Positions 13,522 through 28,300 of a stretch of 64,000 nucleotides of DNA are shown piece after piece. The stretch comes from Balanoglossus misakiensis (Eukaryota; Animalia; Hemichordata), in assembly GCA_040954595.2 (NCBI GenBank), contig CM082593.2, forward strand, positions 4,729,434 to 4,793,433, written 5' to 3'. Made by a program: the position numbers and the translations under genes. The notes below the pieces were generated by a model that was not told the origin of the DNA, did no database searches, and saw nothing but the letters and a program-made list of their open reading frames with translations. Position 1 is the stretch's first letter. Each line of letters begins with the position of its first letter.

Positions 13522-14126
13522 CTCATCACGAGTTTACCCGACAGTATAACACGCATTCAGAACATCGATAAAACATGCTATAAAATCAATTTATGTGACA
13601 GAGTCTCCCACAAAACAAACGGTCACAGGTGTGTCTCAGCTCCATCCTGCCTGACTTCATTAAACCATGTCAACAAATGTCTTCCAGCTCATCATTCATT
13701 CATCTCTGGTATGCTAATTATGTACATGGTGCCCACATGCATACTGGTCGACGTGACAACCGATATCAAAGATGGCAGCCTCCATCGCGACATCTAATAA
13801 TATTTACTTTTCATTAGTTTCTATCAAGTAAACCAACAAATTTTGGTCTTTTACGTACAAACAATCCATCTCCATCATTTCATCTTCATAATACTTGACC
13901 TATGCTGCATACCGTGACATGAGTGAAACTAATGTTGTGTAAGTCTCTGATATATGAACAAGGCTCCGTACAACCGATCAGAAAATTATGGTGGCACTCA
14001 ATATAACCCCTTAGAAACAGCTCAACAGTCAATCAGAAATAACTAGTATTCAACAACTCATGTCGCAAGGAGACAAATGCAAATGACAACATTACCACAA
14101 AAACACTTAATTTTGACGAGCCTTAC

Positions 14127-14278
14127 CTTCGTAAATGTAGTTCTATTGAATCCTTTGCCGATTTGACCAAGTTTAATGCTTCATTATGTTCTAATTCGTC
14201 GGTGCTTTCACCGTTAATACTGTACACAATATCTCCTACGCAAATGCTGGCTTTCGCTGCTTTGCTGCCGGGATTTAT
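14127..14278 (-). CDS. PDZ-domain protein, exon 2 (rest of PDZ domain)
   Basis: tctgcag acceptor; INPGSKAAKASICVGDIVYSINGESTDELEHNEALNLVKSAKDSIELHLR; donor AG|GTAAG. 152 nt, phase 0 to 2. Confidence 0.93.
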
Positions 14279-17200
14279 CTGCAGAAAAAAAACACAGAGA
14301 GATAACTGTCAATTGCATAAAATACCTCTAATTCATGATTGGCTCAATTAGTGAAATCACATGATCAATCATGACCAATCAGCAAGTGATGCTGACACTC
14401 GGCAAACCCATGTGATCAATACTGCCCAATCATTATTATTTCATCAAATTTGCACAGTTGTTACAAATGATGTTTGACTGTCAAATGTTCCTTGAGAAAG
14501 TAACATGTCCCCAAGTGCCCCAGACACTATCTTGAACTGAAGTTACCTGAGTAGACAGTAACTGAACACACATAATTGCATTTTATCTCAAAGCTCCATG
14601 CCATTTATCAATGTAATCTGATTATGCACTTAGTTAACCTGAAGACAAGTCTCCAAGGAAATCAAAATGAAACCGCTTTCCATTACAGCCAACCACATTA
14701 CAAGACCCTCAGCGAGGCGCACACCAGCTTAACCGTTTACTGTACACGATAGAGAAAAATTTAGTTTGTAAAGTTGTGAGGAGTAGGATGTAAATTGGTT
14801 AAAAATATGAACTATACCATGGTACAATCCATATCAGCCGAGTTGTGATGGCAGCACCATATGATATTATATTGACTTTTTGTGTATGTATCAACACACT
14901 TTCCACTGAATCACTGCAATAAATCTATATCTATAACAAGTTTATGACATTTTCACTGTATCCTGTATATTCTAAATTTATTTCCACACTCAGTGGCACG
15001 ACTTTCTCGCAAAACAATCTAAATTCTCTTACGATGTCTGGGTCTGTGAGCCCCAACAGGGCAATTAATTTCAAAACACTACATGTACATTGCCTGCAAC
15101 ACAGGTAGACTTAAAACCAGTTGAATTCAAAAGAGAAGAACTTCTGAAATTTACAGATGTGGCAATAATGTCATATTTCTGTCTGATATCATTTCATTTC
15201 TCTCTAATTTCAAATTCAACAACGATGACAATATATTGTCTTATGTTTTGTGGGATTCGAACCCAGATCTACTATATACCAATTTACTTCAGATTGAAGT
15301 CTAATTTTGAAATCAGACCACAGTGACTTTACTAGTCTAAAGTTGCCAACTTTTGGCAATGTGATGAGTTGTGTTTCTCACAAGTTGCAGGCATTGATCG
15401 CAGAGGAATGTGCAACTTGTTGGTCATCACAGCACAAGCTCTGTGAGGAATAAACATACGTGCAGAGTATGTGATGATAATCCCTATCTGGACAAATTCT
15501 TCATCATGAATCCGATTGCACCAACCAGCAGCGTATTCTGATTATCAGCATGATTTCAGGGTAAGAATTCTACTGTAATACTATTGCCTGCAAGGTTTCA
15601 GCTGCACGCAAATTCTTTCAGTCTTCTTTCAGACTGTCTGCAAGCTAGGCCACCCATATAGCATCTATACATCTGATACCACCAGATCTACCAATGAGAT
15701 CAGCTGTTCAAAGCGACATCACTTTTGTTAACGTCACCAGGTCAACATAAAAATAAACTTTATCACCTTCATCTCATTAATATTAGCAAATTAAACAGAA
15801 AAGATAAATCAACAACACATTTTTCCTGTATCTGCTTTATATCTGACTGTAATTTACTTTCTCAATATACATATACATACAGCAAACTGTACTGACTCTA
15901 CTTCTCATTATCATAGAGCGTTTTATCAGGACCTAAGGTGAACACAACTGACCCAGTCAATTCTCCACTGAGCAATGGAGATGGTGCAATGTACTTTTCT
16001 GACACATACATCTATACTAATTTACTCTCAGGTAGCCTGCACAGCAGGGGCACTTACTTTTCAATTGGCAATGACTGAAAGGGGCATAATACCAAATGTG
16101 ACTCAGAGACCATTAATTCACACAACATACAATACCATGTACATATATGGGAACAGCTGAAATGTGGACCAAGCCATGGTGGTGAAAGGTTTAAAGGCTA
16201 ATTTAATGAAAACTTTACGCCTTCCCTGTGACTGAATATCTGACCTGGAAAACAGATACCTAGTTTTTAGATCCTGTAAAATCAAGCTATGACATGTGTC
16301 AATTTAATATTTTATTTTTAATTTAAACATTGTCAATGAAATAAAAACTCAGAAAGTGGCTGTGGCTGTGTGAAGTGTGTGAATGACCAATCCCCACCCA
16401 GGACAAACATTTGACAAATGCAAACATAAACACAAGGCAATGTTGTTGTCAATTGTTGCACTGTTCCTTTGACATCAATGACAGTGTCATTATGACATAT
16501 CCAGATTAACGTGCTTGATAACTGTTTTGTCGAATCAGTCAAAAGTACAACCATGATACAGCTGCAGCCGCCATAACTGTCTTTCAACACCACCACCCCC
16601 ACCCTGGTCTTTTACAAACCACGCATAAGGCAAACTCAAATCAAACAGGTACAGGAATACTACATGTATATATAGGCAAATCGTTCATGTCTGTGTACAC
16701 ATGTAGTCTTCACACATGATATATGTGTACATATGTATTCTAAAAATATTGAAAAAAAAAACATTTGCCTGAATAGAATTTATCATCAATACACAGAGAT
16801 CTAACTGTACATATCTTGTGTACATACCAAACAATGCAATAGTCATTCGAATGGGGTGAATACCATTACACTACTAACCTTTGACCTGTGCTTTATGTTT
16901 ATATTTACGATTTCGCCACCCAAATCTACCACTGTTACCACGGTTACCTGACCTTGTCACCACTCTTAACCGATACTAAATGTTCGCTCTGAATGTTTTT
17001 TTGCGAAGTTGATTTAAAAGAACATGACGTGAACAGTACAGTAACTGCAATCTGACGTCTATTCTTCATACAAACAGTCAATACCAGCCATATTGCGCGA
17101 GAGCCGCCACGGGTTGTCCCACCACAATACACTAATATTATTAGACCACAGCAAGTCAAAGATCTGTTTTGACAACAACTCACCTTTCGACACCGAATGT

Positions 17201-20200
17201 CTAAAGCCAGTCAGTGGAAATAAGAAAACAGACAGTGAGTGGCCCCCACTATTATGCACGTCCGAAACAATCCAGCCACACCTTTAAGTTTAACGCACCA
17301 GAATCGGCGCCGGCCCAATTCAAAAGTGGGTCACTCCGAAAGCAAAGGTCAAGTCCGGGAAGTAAACAACGACTACGATACTCGGTTCTTTCGGATTCCG
17401 CACCGGAACTTCGATGCCTGGGAAGTCAGAAACCGTTTGGTGTCTGTTTAGAAATCAACTAATCCTATGAGCTTTCTGTTCTGGGGAGCCCGTCAACAAA
17501 TGGATGGAATTTACAGCTATTCACAGCGACTTATAAAAGGGCACATTAGGCCCACAAAAAGTGCCTTTGAATGCGTAACTCAGGTAGCATGAATGTAATA
17601 CAGTGGGATGGGACAATGCAAGGTTTTTCATGCGCTCGCAGAGGCCTTGGTCTGATCAGGCAGCACAATGGAAATAATGAAAGCCGGGATGGACCCAATC
17701 TCAACTCAGCTTTTTAAATTGAGTGTGGAGAATAAGCAATGACGTCACGGCATAATTTCAATGCAACTTACATCGGCCATGCAAAGGCTGCAGCAAATGT
17801 GTGCAGTACTCTATTTTTTGAAAATGCACAATGTATGCTAAATCAAGCAAAACTCCATGAACTTTGTCAAGCATGGAGATTGCCCATTAGAAGAGATATT
17901 GTCAATTACAAGTACATGTACCTGGATTATGCGATGTCACCTTGATCAAGTACATGACTGTACACTGGCATTATACGTGTATACCTTGTTCAATAAAAAA
18001 AATAATCTCAGTATCTAAAAAAACCCAACGTGAAGACGGCTCAGAGACTTCCCACACAATTTATGGCAACACTCCAATATAGTGACACTCCAGGACAAAA
18101 AACAGAGATGTAAGCAGCACACACACTTCAAGAAATAAAACACTGAATCAACAGTCCTGATAAGCCTGTTGCCTGGGTAATCGCACACACTGCCTGTTGC
18201 CGAGGTAACCATCCACGGTTTTGGGTGTTGCTGCCATGACCTGCGTGGATTGAAACCCATAAAATTTCACCCACTGGACAGACACGTTCGTTATAACCAA
18301 TGTACAATGCGACTAAACACAAATCTTACTGTCTATTCACCATCGCACGAGAAAAAAAAGAGTTTATATGTTCTCCAAAAGGCTGGTGAAATTCATTCTT
18401 TGAAGTGATTCCAGTCATGACAGAGAAAATATCTGACCCTAGTACCTTCACTAGAACGTTCTCCTTATAGAAATACTGAGTATGACCAATGTTGACATGA
18501 AGACATGCTTGGTTCATTCATCCAGCTATTTTTGAACCACCGGTAAAATAGCTGTAGTCAGGTGTACGATTACAGCTGGCTCACAACTTCATGCTTTACA
18601 ATAGAAACATTGTGAACACTGCCTAGTGTGTAATGGAGAAAGAATTTCAATGTTGTTTTGGAAGATTCAGATGATGTGCACCATGCCACTTTGCAAGCAT
18701 GAACAACTTACAAAGCTATACCCATTTTATCACATCATCCAATTCCTTGTCACACATTACCAAGGTCATGTGGGGTTACCACTTTTTAAGGTTATCTGAG
18801 GGCACCAGACGCTCTGCTCATTTTGACAACCCAATACCAAAGTCATGGTCACCAAATACAAGGTCATTAGTGTCACCTAATAGTAAGGTCATTGTCATAT
18901 TATCGAAACTTGATATTAAAGTTTTACAAATAAAGTCAGCCTTTCTTGCATACATCACCTGGCAATCATGCTCCTATGATTCTATACATGTATTTTATGT
19001 GCAATGAATGTTTTGTTCACTAAAGTTGGGAGTGTGCATGTTCCTTCTGAAGTTGTTCGGAGGTGTCAGACTGTATTTCAACAGTAAGTGGTACATGACA
19101 GGGTGTGTATAGAATTCACCAAGCAGTTCAGCTTTCACGGTCTACATGAACCATGACGCATTACATGCAATATACGATACGATCATGCCCTATCATTACA
19201 CTATCCTTGGCGATATCTGACCAGGAAAAGACATCAAGATCCATGAGAAAAATGCACAATGTATGCTTTGGGAGTGATTTTCAGCCACCGCCTGCTCAGA
19301 TAACGTACAGGACCATGATGAGTACCCAGATGTATTTGCATACGCATACACGCAAACTGTACAACAAGCAACAAACTGTATACTGCATACTTGTATGATT
19401 TACCATACAGCTATGACATTTACCGCATGTACCATGTAATATTTTACAGCTTCTTGGGGCCACACAACTGCAGGATACAGAACATAACTGATCTAATTCT
19501 TTATACCATTCGTCTCGATCTACAGTCATGGGTCAACCAAGGTTCCTATCTCTCGTTAAATCCATAGCAATAATTCAGACTCAAAGGACAATAATTCAGA
19601 ATTTTTTTGTCAAGAGGCAAATATTTTCAGCACATTTTTACTTATCACACCAAATGCTAAAATACTTGTCACGAAGCCACAAAAAACAGATGTTGGTCTG
19701 ATGTAGGTTTCTGTACCATGAAACTAAAACCTCCGACGAAATATGTACATATCGACTGTCCATATGGACTCTGCGATTACACAACTAGATAATGTCGATT
19801 GTCCATATGTGCTCTCCAAGTGGAGACAGTATTTTGATTACTTACAGATTCACCCATTATAAAAATGACCACAGAAATACTCTGCCAGAACTATAATGTA
19901 TTCAGAATACTGTGCCCTATGCCTCAAACTCATTTCTAGCTTGCCACAGAATGGTATTGTATTTTATTTTTCAAATATCCAGTTGTTAAACCCAATGCAG
20001 ATGACGATCTGCAGAGGGTATACCAATTGAATGTCTGTGAGGAATCATGTTTCATTTGTTTGTGATGGAATTCCTTGCAATGCATGTCACCAACAACTGT
20101 CTCTCAGGAAAGGTCAACTACCTACATGTATGTTTCAAGGGACAAGCGTGTCCAATTTCATTATCACATTATGATGATGAAGTGAAAGTCCATACTGTTT

Positions 20201-20501
20201 TGTATGATAAACCATTCTAACAACGACCTGATACACATATCAAATGGTAAATGAGCATAGATCACCATCAATGATTCATCCCAAATCTATCTCCCTCTGT
20301 TGACCGTAAATCACAGTTCACACTCGCCGGAGATCACTTGCATCGTAAAAAGTAACAAACTAACTATAGCTCTGGCATGGGCCATCGCTGTAAAAATCAT
20401 AAACAAATGTAACTTTATACAGTTATTGAGTTCACAGCGTCAGATCAAAATATTAACAATCTTATGTGGTTAAGTACAGCTGTTTTTGGTTTTGAAACTT
20501 T

Positions 20502-20659
20502 GGTTGGTTGGTTGGTTGGTTGACTGACTGACTGACTGACTGACTGACTGACTGACTGACTGACTGACTGACTGACTGAATGAATGAATGAATGAATGAA
20601 TGAATGAATGAATGAATGAATGAATGAAGGAACGAATGATTGATTGATTGATTGATTGA
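20502..20659. repeat. Compound tetranucleotide microsatellite (TTGG/TGAC/TGAA/TGAT)
   Basis: Seen directly. Confidence 0.95.
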
Positions 20660-22006
20660 ATAATTGATATGTACGTCAAATGAAACAGTGACCAACTGAC
20701 ATGCACATGTATATATATACATCAGAGTACAACCAATGAACCCAACTGCATCTTTCACTGAGAAATTTACAGAAAAAATCTTGATATTTTTTACCAGAGG
20801 AAAACAAAAGTTACCTACATGTTCGCTTTCTCCAAATCTCCTCTCAGCTGTCCTCAGTACGCAGAAAACATCAGAACCAAACCGAACACTGAAGACACTT
20901 TAGTCTCTCTCCTTTCAATGAAAGATTCGATGAAATCAACACCGCGCTGTCGCATCGCCAGGTCACAGGTCACATGCAAATGAAGCAACCCTGTCCTCAA
21001 CCTTGCAGTGTGCTATTGACAGATACTCTCTCGATTATGTTTTTCCCACCTGTCCAGATTATTATAGCCTTGCCCTCTTTGCTATTGACAAGATCACACT
21101 GGCTGCTTCATTGCAAAGAAGTCACCTTCAAAACATCTTAAGAATGTCATTATCATCACCGCCTTTTCACGTCATACCAACCAACCCAGACAAAAAGTCT
21201 GATCCTGGCAAAAAGAACCAAGGAATTTTCTTTCACTGGACGGGATTTGGGATGGGTTGGGATCGCCCGTTTTCTGCCGTCAACAAAGCAATTACCTACG
21301 ATGTCCAATGAATTCCAAAGTGATGACTTCACCGCACGTGTGTGCGTGAAGTGTTATTTGTGCCGGTGGTATTGATTTTCTAAGTGTGCATGAGGCCAAC
21401 AGAAATAAACTGGAAGAAGACTGAATAAGACAGACACATGTACACAGCAATTCCACAAATACCACACTGCAATATCATCTTCAAAAACACTGACAGCTGT
21501 TCTATTAGGAGATCAAGCTATAATTAGTGTAATTAACGAGGTTAGAGGGCTCACTGCTGATTACAGTATTAAGTTGTGACCGGCGTAATTTTAATGGTAT
21601 TTCAATTAAACTTAACAGATTGACATTAATCAGATGACACTGGTGATGTCATGCTTGGTTTTGGGTTTCTGCATTGTTTTTGTACTAGGTCACACATGGT
21701 GGACCGATAATACAATCACTCTTTGTACATAATACCACGGTTACGTGATAATGCCAAAAGTCACTTAAGATTCCAGGATTTTCAAAGCAGTTGTACAAGA
21801 TAACACTGGATCAACAAATCTCAAGTTTATATAAGGTGTCATGCAAGAGTTTTTTTTTTCGTTTTCCCCAAACAAATAACAAAATGTTGAAGTTGTTTTG
21901 ATAGATAATGTACAACACATGTTCAATGTGTTGTCGATTATTGTGGTAATCACAATGTCATTAAATAAAATTAACAGATTAAAAAGCGACTCATTATAAA
22001 TTATAT

Positions 22007-22322
22007 TATACCAGTATATTGATGGTGTAAATCACGCTATTTGATTGGTCGAGACACGACACGTGACCGTGATATATTAGCCATATACCACAGTCATATA
22101 TCATAGTCAAAGAAAATGCCTTTTTAAAATGTTTTATGCAAAGTTTCAATATACTGGCATAATATAATAGCAATAAAACACCCCCAGCCATGGTATACCA
22201 CTCGATTTTGACCAGTTCAACTCCATATACGCACTCGCTATCGCTCGTGCGTATATGTCGTGAACTGGTCAAAATCTCGTGGTATACCATGGCTGGGGGT
22301 GTTTTATTGCTTAAATATACCA
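22007..22322. mobile_element. Non-autonomous palindromic element with a 143-bp hairpin
   Basis: Near-perfect inverted repeat 22169-22311; TATACCA direct repeats at 22007-22013 and 22316-22322. Confidence 0.7.
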
Positions 22323-25300
22323 CCCTTTTATGAGTTGGATTACAACATAGATTATGGAGCAAACAAAGAGACAAATTATATTTTTAAATTGAAATAATGA
22401 CGACAATTTTAATGTAATTAAGATTTACACACAGTTCACTTTACCAATTTAGACAAATATCAACATGTTGCCCTAAAGGTCTGGAACTGTACACCGGCTA
22501 TGTAATCCGAAATCCCCCACCAGGCCCGACATTCCGAGAGACAAATTACATAAACAGCAATTTTTCTTACTATGCATGTTGAACTCGGACTCCCGAGGGG
22601 CTGGGCCCACTGGACAGTCTCAGCGGCGTGCCGAAAGAGCACTTCACAAAAACAAGTATTCACTCTCGGACAAAGGGTCACATCGGGAACACACACAAAC
22701 CACTGTCAATTGAGGTGAACCGATAAAGATCTCGAAAAAAACACGGCCAAACACAATGGGGTCATCTGAGGTCAATCAGCACGTCATATTACCATTGCCA
22801 TGGCAATCCGACGATGATCCAAAAATTTTAACGGTTTGATTTAAGTCATCAGCAACGGGTGTGCGTGGTTACCGATCACGACAGATATAAAATAGGTGGG
22901 TGACCCCAATTAAACTCAGCGAAGGGTTTCCGTGTGTGTTTGAACAACAATACTCCCCCCCCCCCTTCAGCTACTGTGTTACGCACAATGCACTTGAGCA
23001 CAACACCGGGCCACTCTGAACGTTCTTCTCAATGTCATCTCTTTTTCTCACCAGAAAAAAACGGTCTCATGGAGCAATCGGTGTCATGTCAGTATGTTCA
23101 ATGAATGCCTGGGTAATGAATAAGAGCCACAAGGGGCCAGGGCACCCTACTGTAATATGACCAGATCCCACGTACGTATATATATATACGACAACTGTAC
23201 GAGATCCGCGCACAGATGTTTCGAATGAAATCAGCCCCGACTGCCGGCGCAAACCAGTGACATCTCTCTCCCAGCATTGAACTAATGAAAAAGCACAATA
23301 TTACCTGATTAGCGACGCTAAGTCCACTTCTATTTTTAAAATTCCTGTTAATTCACCGCCACACGCTGAACACAACAAAATCCTACAGCCTCGTTTGCAG
23401 CCTCCCTAGGCTGCTGTAAAAAAAACTGACGCAAAAATCGGCATCATCAGACACCCAAGATTGTCACAAATGAAAACTTGGATAGGCGCCGCGTATCTTT
23501 TTGCTTCACATGTGAATGAAATGTAACACAACGTATCTGTTGAAGGTTGAAGACTGAACCATCAATGAAATGTTGCCATCCTCTGAATGAAGGGAGGGGG
23601 GGGGGGGTGGCAAGTGGAGTTCATTCAGACTTCCCTCCCATCAAAACCCAATGTCCGAAGGAAGCCCTGCTACTGTTCTCGTTACAAAGTACCTCATGGT
23701 TATGATCAAGATTTTACTGGCAGTCATATAGAGCTAAACTTTCCTCAATAAAATATCAGTAACAGCACAAACCAATTTCTCGGTCTCTTTGAGTTTCCTT
23801 CCTGCGCATAAATTTATCAACAGTTTGTTTCCTTTGCTTTGGCTCCTGTGAAATTATTGACTCATTAATATTTTACGCACATCCAGGGGTACAATTCATT
23901 ACTCATAAAATTGTCGTAATAGCAAAAGCTTTCATAAAAGTTCATTTGATGAAAGCTGGGCAAATTTACAGTCATCTAGAAACTTAATGCAGACACTTGA
24001 AATTAAGTCACATATAATTTCTGTTTGAATGATAACCTATATAGAATACTATAGCCTAGCTAACACAATGAAGAATTTTATACTCATGGTTACGTGTAGG
24101 AAGCTCTCTGCGCAGGCAATAAAACCAAAGTTGAATTTACATCAGAAACATGACACAATGCAATGTACGTGTTACCATATGCATAAAAAATTAGCATCGT
24201 GAAGTGAAGAAACACAATTTTCACAGCTTTTTCAAATGCAAGTGACAGTGATTCACTGAAATATTTCCTGTTTCCTGCCTTATAAACAATAACTCACACA
24301 GTTTGATTTATATATAATAAAGGTATCATTTTTAAATATACACAGGAACGGATATCGTTTCATCTACAATGTTGTTCGGGAAGATCAGGGAGAATATTAC
24401 TGGAAATTATCCTTTCTCATATTTTACTGGAATATTTTGCAGCCATGGGTACACATGTATAAAGGTTCCATAACACCCACAGGAATTTATTGCAAAAACA
24501 CAATTAATCCATCATTACATGAGCAATAAATTATGAGATGTCAAAAAACGCCATTAATGCAAATACTCATACATCTATTACACACCTGTCATATGTATAC
24601 AAGATTGCATTATTTGATAGTTATTACATGTTCTGATGGCAGCAATGATAGTCTTGAAAGTTATAATGCAATGATTTTTTTTATTGCATTAGTGACATGA
24701 TAATAGGGTCAATTATGGAACTAGATCACATTCCAGACCACTATCAAATGTTGAGTTACTCTGTGAAAACTGTTAAACGGTAAAGATAGCAGAAAAGAAT
24801 TATGAAAAACTCTTCTTACCATAAATATGCTTTAACTTCCAGCAACGTGCTTAGTGTGTTCATGAGCAAAAAAGTAATTATTTTTCTCGTATTTACTCTT
24901 AATGAATGAATTAAATATGAGGTGCATAGAAAATCAATTATGAAGCAGATTAATATTTAATATGCCATAAAAGACTATCACATTTATCAACTTTTCATGG
25001 TAAAAATGACTGAAAAACCCCAATATAATAAACTTCAGAGATATTACTGATGGTAATTAGGATGTGGAGAATGTAATGTTATTTTTAAATACACATTGCT
25101 GCAAATAGGATACCCCTGTGTGGACCTCTCGTAGAAATATTTCATTTCTATAAATCACAAGTAGGTCATAATCATGATGATGTGTACTTGAGATATAGTT
25201 CAACAGCTTGGATTATAAATATTTTATTCTGTCAGTTCATTGCAAGCAACTTGCATGATTTACTTGAGGGGCTTTAAACTCAGAGAAGCTCTCTACATCT

Positions 25301-28300
25301 TGGAGAAGCCATGGTATCTCTATAAGATGTGCAGCCTGTGTTTATTTTTAGACCACTGACCCCGAGTGACCCTTGGGTCACCAAGATAGCGTTACATCCT
25401 CACATCATGCACATGTACAATATGTCTCTCCATTTTTCAAACGGAAACACCATCCCAGGCCAACACATACACATGTACACAGAACCCAGATAGATCATAG
25501 ATCTGATCATCATCACTAGTAACTCATCTCTGGTCAGAAGGAATCCGTAAGAAATCAAAACCACCACAAGGCACTAAGATAAAGTTTAAACATATAAGAT
25601 AATGTATAATATGCAATTAATTTCACATTATTTCGGCCTTATGTACATTTAACTCTTGCTGGACTGTAACAGAACTATCTCCTCTCACTAGTTATATCTC
25701 AAGCTTTCAACACTGTCAGCAGATCAACGCAACTATCTGGACTTCGACTGACAAGTACGTGTTCTGAATGGCGCCCTCTTGAGGTACAATACGAGGAATT
25801 GAAAGCGTCCGGGAATGTACGCAGAGAACCAGAACCTTAGAAACCTGATTTAGTGTTATTACACTGACCTAGATCACGAAAAGAAGAAAACAACCCAATT
25901 TTTTTCACGGCTAAGTGGAAACTCGCCTGTAAAGGGGATTAACATGTTCATCTTTTAACAGTTTCTCAGAATGGCTAAACCTTATGGGTGTGATAATTTA
26001 TTCATCATGTTTCTACCTATACTTTAATAACACACAAGTCAGATATGCTTTCTAAATTCTAGTTTCCAAATTGAACTTCTCCATTTCGTCATGAATAAAT
26101 GATCGAAGTGAACTACATGATGTATAATATAGCTGTTTTATTTCACAACAACAGACTGGTTGTTCTGGACATCTGTATGGCATGAAAATCACCTTACAAA
26201 AATTCAAGGACAAATGCAACAGATGTCGGCAAATTGTCACCTTGAATACAAATTACCCATTATTTTTACTTTCTAACTTCACGCAAATATTTGCAAGCCA
26301 GCAATAATTAGGAGAACATACAAAGGCAAAGGCCTTCCACCGGCTTAGACTTTTGTCCAGTCACATGAACATTATCCAGTAAACTGCTCTGTTTAAACAA
26401 TAATGTATCTTAGGCCCACTGCATTGTGAAGATTACCAGACTGAGTGTAACAGCAACTGAACAAATGCAGACAAGCGTGAATAACATACACACTCAGGGG
26501 AATTTTTATTATCAGACTTCGTCACAATAAACACGCAATGACAGGGTAAATAGAAGAATAGAAGTCCCTGATTTTTCTACTTATTGTGTTTTTATTCATT
26601 CCTGACAAAGTCTGCTTCTGTTTCGACACAATAATGTTGACACGAAAATTACTTCATGATGTTAAGATATACGGGCAGTGTCACGTAAAAAGTCATTTTA
26701 CAGGATCTCAATGAAGGAAGAACCATTTTGTATAGAAGTTGCCGTGGTAACATCCTTGGAAGCTGGGTGGAGCAATTGCAGATAGCAAAAATCTGCTGCC
26801 ATTTGAGACTGTGTTTCCTCTTGCATGTAAATAATACTATGGGAAAATCTGACAACCTGGTTTGACGTTTGTATAAATGGGCTAGAGCTGACTTTTCTAT
26901 TTTTGCTATGCTACAATCCGTGACCGTGTAATGACTGAAAATATTGGCTACTTGATGGTAATCATAATCCTTGATAAAACACAGCAGAGACTGAGAGTTT
27001 CATACAGTGGACTGGTGTAAGACATCCAATAAATAACACCAGCATGGCACACTAGCTATCATGACGATATCTGCAGTGCGGTGATGTCCAGAATGACAGC
27101 TGATATTGGCTACTAGTACCAGAATCTCCAACTGTTGAAAATAAATCTCATTCTCTATTCCCTATCTTCATTCTTGCCTGAAGATTGCATTCTGCATCAA
27201 AAATAGCCTATTTATCATCCTCTTATGTAAAGTTCATCTGAATTCTTAAGTTTGATGTATGAAACAACAGCCATTTCACAAACAAATTCTTGAATTGAAC
27301 TTTTGGCTTATTTTAGTTATTAAAGGGCACACAGCCCAGATAGCCCCTAAATATACCATCGATAACGATAGGAAGTCAAAATATGAGCATTATTGTTTAT
27401 GTTAAACTGTATATCGTAATCGCTGTACAGAAAAACATCAATATCAGCAACTGAAACTAAGTTGAATTTTGATTCTGTTGGGATTACAGTGGAAGAATGC
27501 TGACCTCTGGGAACTCTGACCTATGTGACCTCGGAGCAGAAACTGCTGAGTTTGAGCATAGCCAGGCAAAAGCAAAAAGTCAACACTGCTGAAAGTGGGG
27601 TCCACTGAGGACCAATAGAGATAAAGTTGCTTGTTGTGCATAGTTACAATAGAAACTGAGATCTGGCCAATCACAGATTTTCACAGGGTGGCCACTGTAA
27701 ATTAATGGTGATAGTATACATGTACCTTTAATATTAGCACATTCCTTCAGGGTAAAGAATGACAACTTATAATCCCTCTTCAACAACAACAAGTTGTACT
27801 TGACATAAGCTGTGGTCAAGTGTAGACAGCATAAATCATGTATGATGGTCTGGTCACCCTTGGATGACCACAGAATAACCTGGGCAATAGTTCATCCTCG
27901 TAACTCAATCCAGTCGGGACAGTGGCACAAATTAGGAAGCCCTCTCCCCAGATCAGGACAACGGCAAAGGTCACCGTAAACACTAGCTTGTCACAAAACA
28001 TGTATGTTTTGAAACGCGATATTGCATAAAACCAACAGAATTCCTGAAAGTGGGTCATTTGGGTTCAACTGGACAGTGGTGGCAACTCTGCCAGGGCACG
28101 CCATCGAGAGGTGGAGGTCAGGAGGTTCTTCAGTGGTGAAAAGGGCTCACTTTCTGCTTTTGAAACGCGACCAGTCGTGTAGAAAACAACATGGTTCTCG
28201 CATGGTATACTCTGGGAGACATGTGCACAGTATCGGATTAACACAAACACAGGTACATGTACATGTACCTGGCAAACAACATGGGTCCTGCTGGCACATA

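Noticed and set aside
15250-15264. tRNA B-box-like GGGTTCGAATCCC on minus strand
   Set aside because: No cloverleaf or A-box visible; at most a SINE relic.
20462-20758. FIHS/SVSQ repeat ORFs
   Set aside because: Translation of a tetranucleotide microsatellite.
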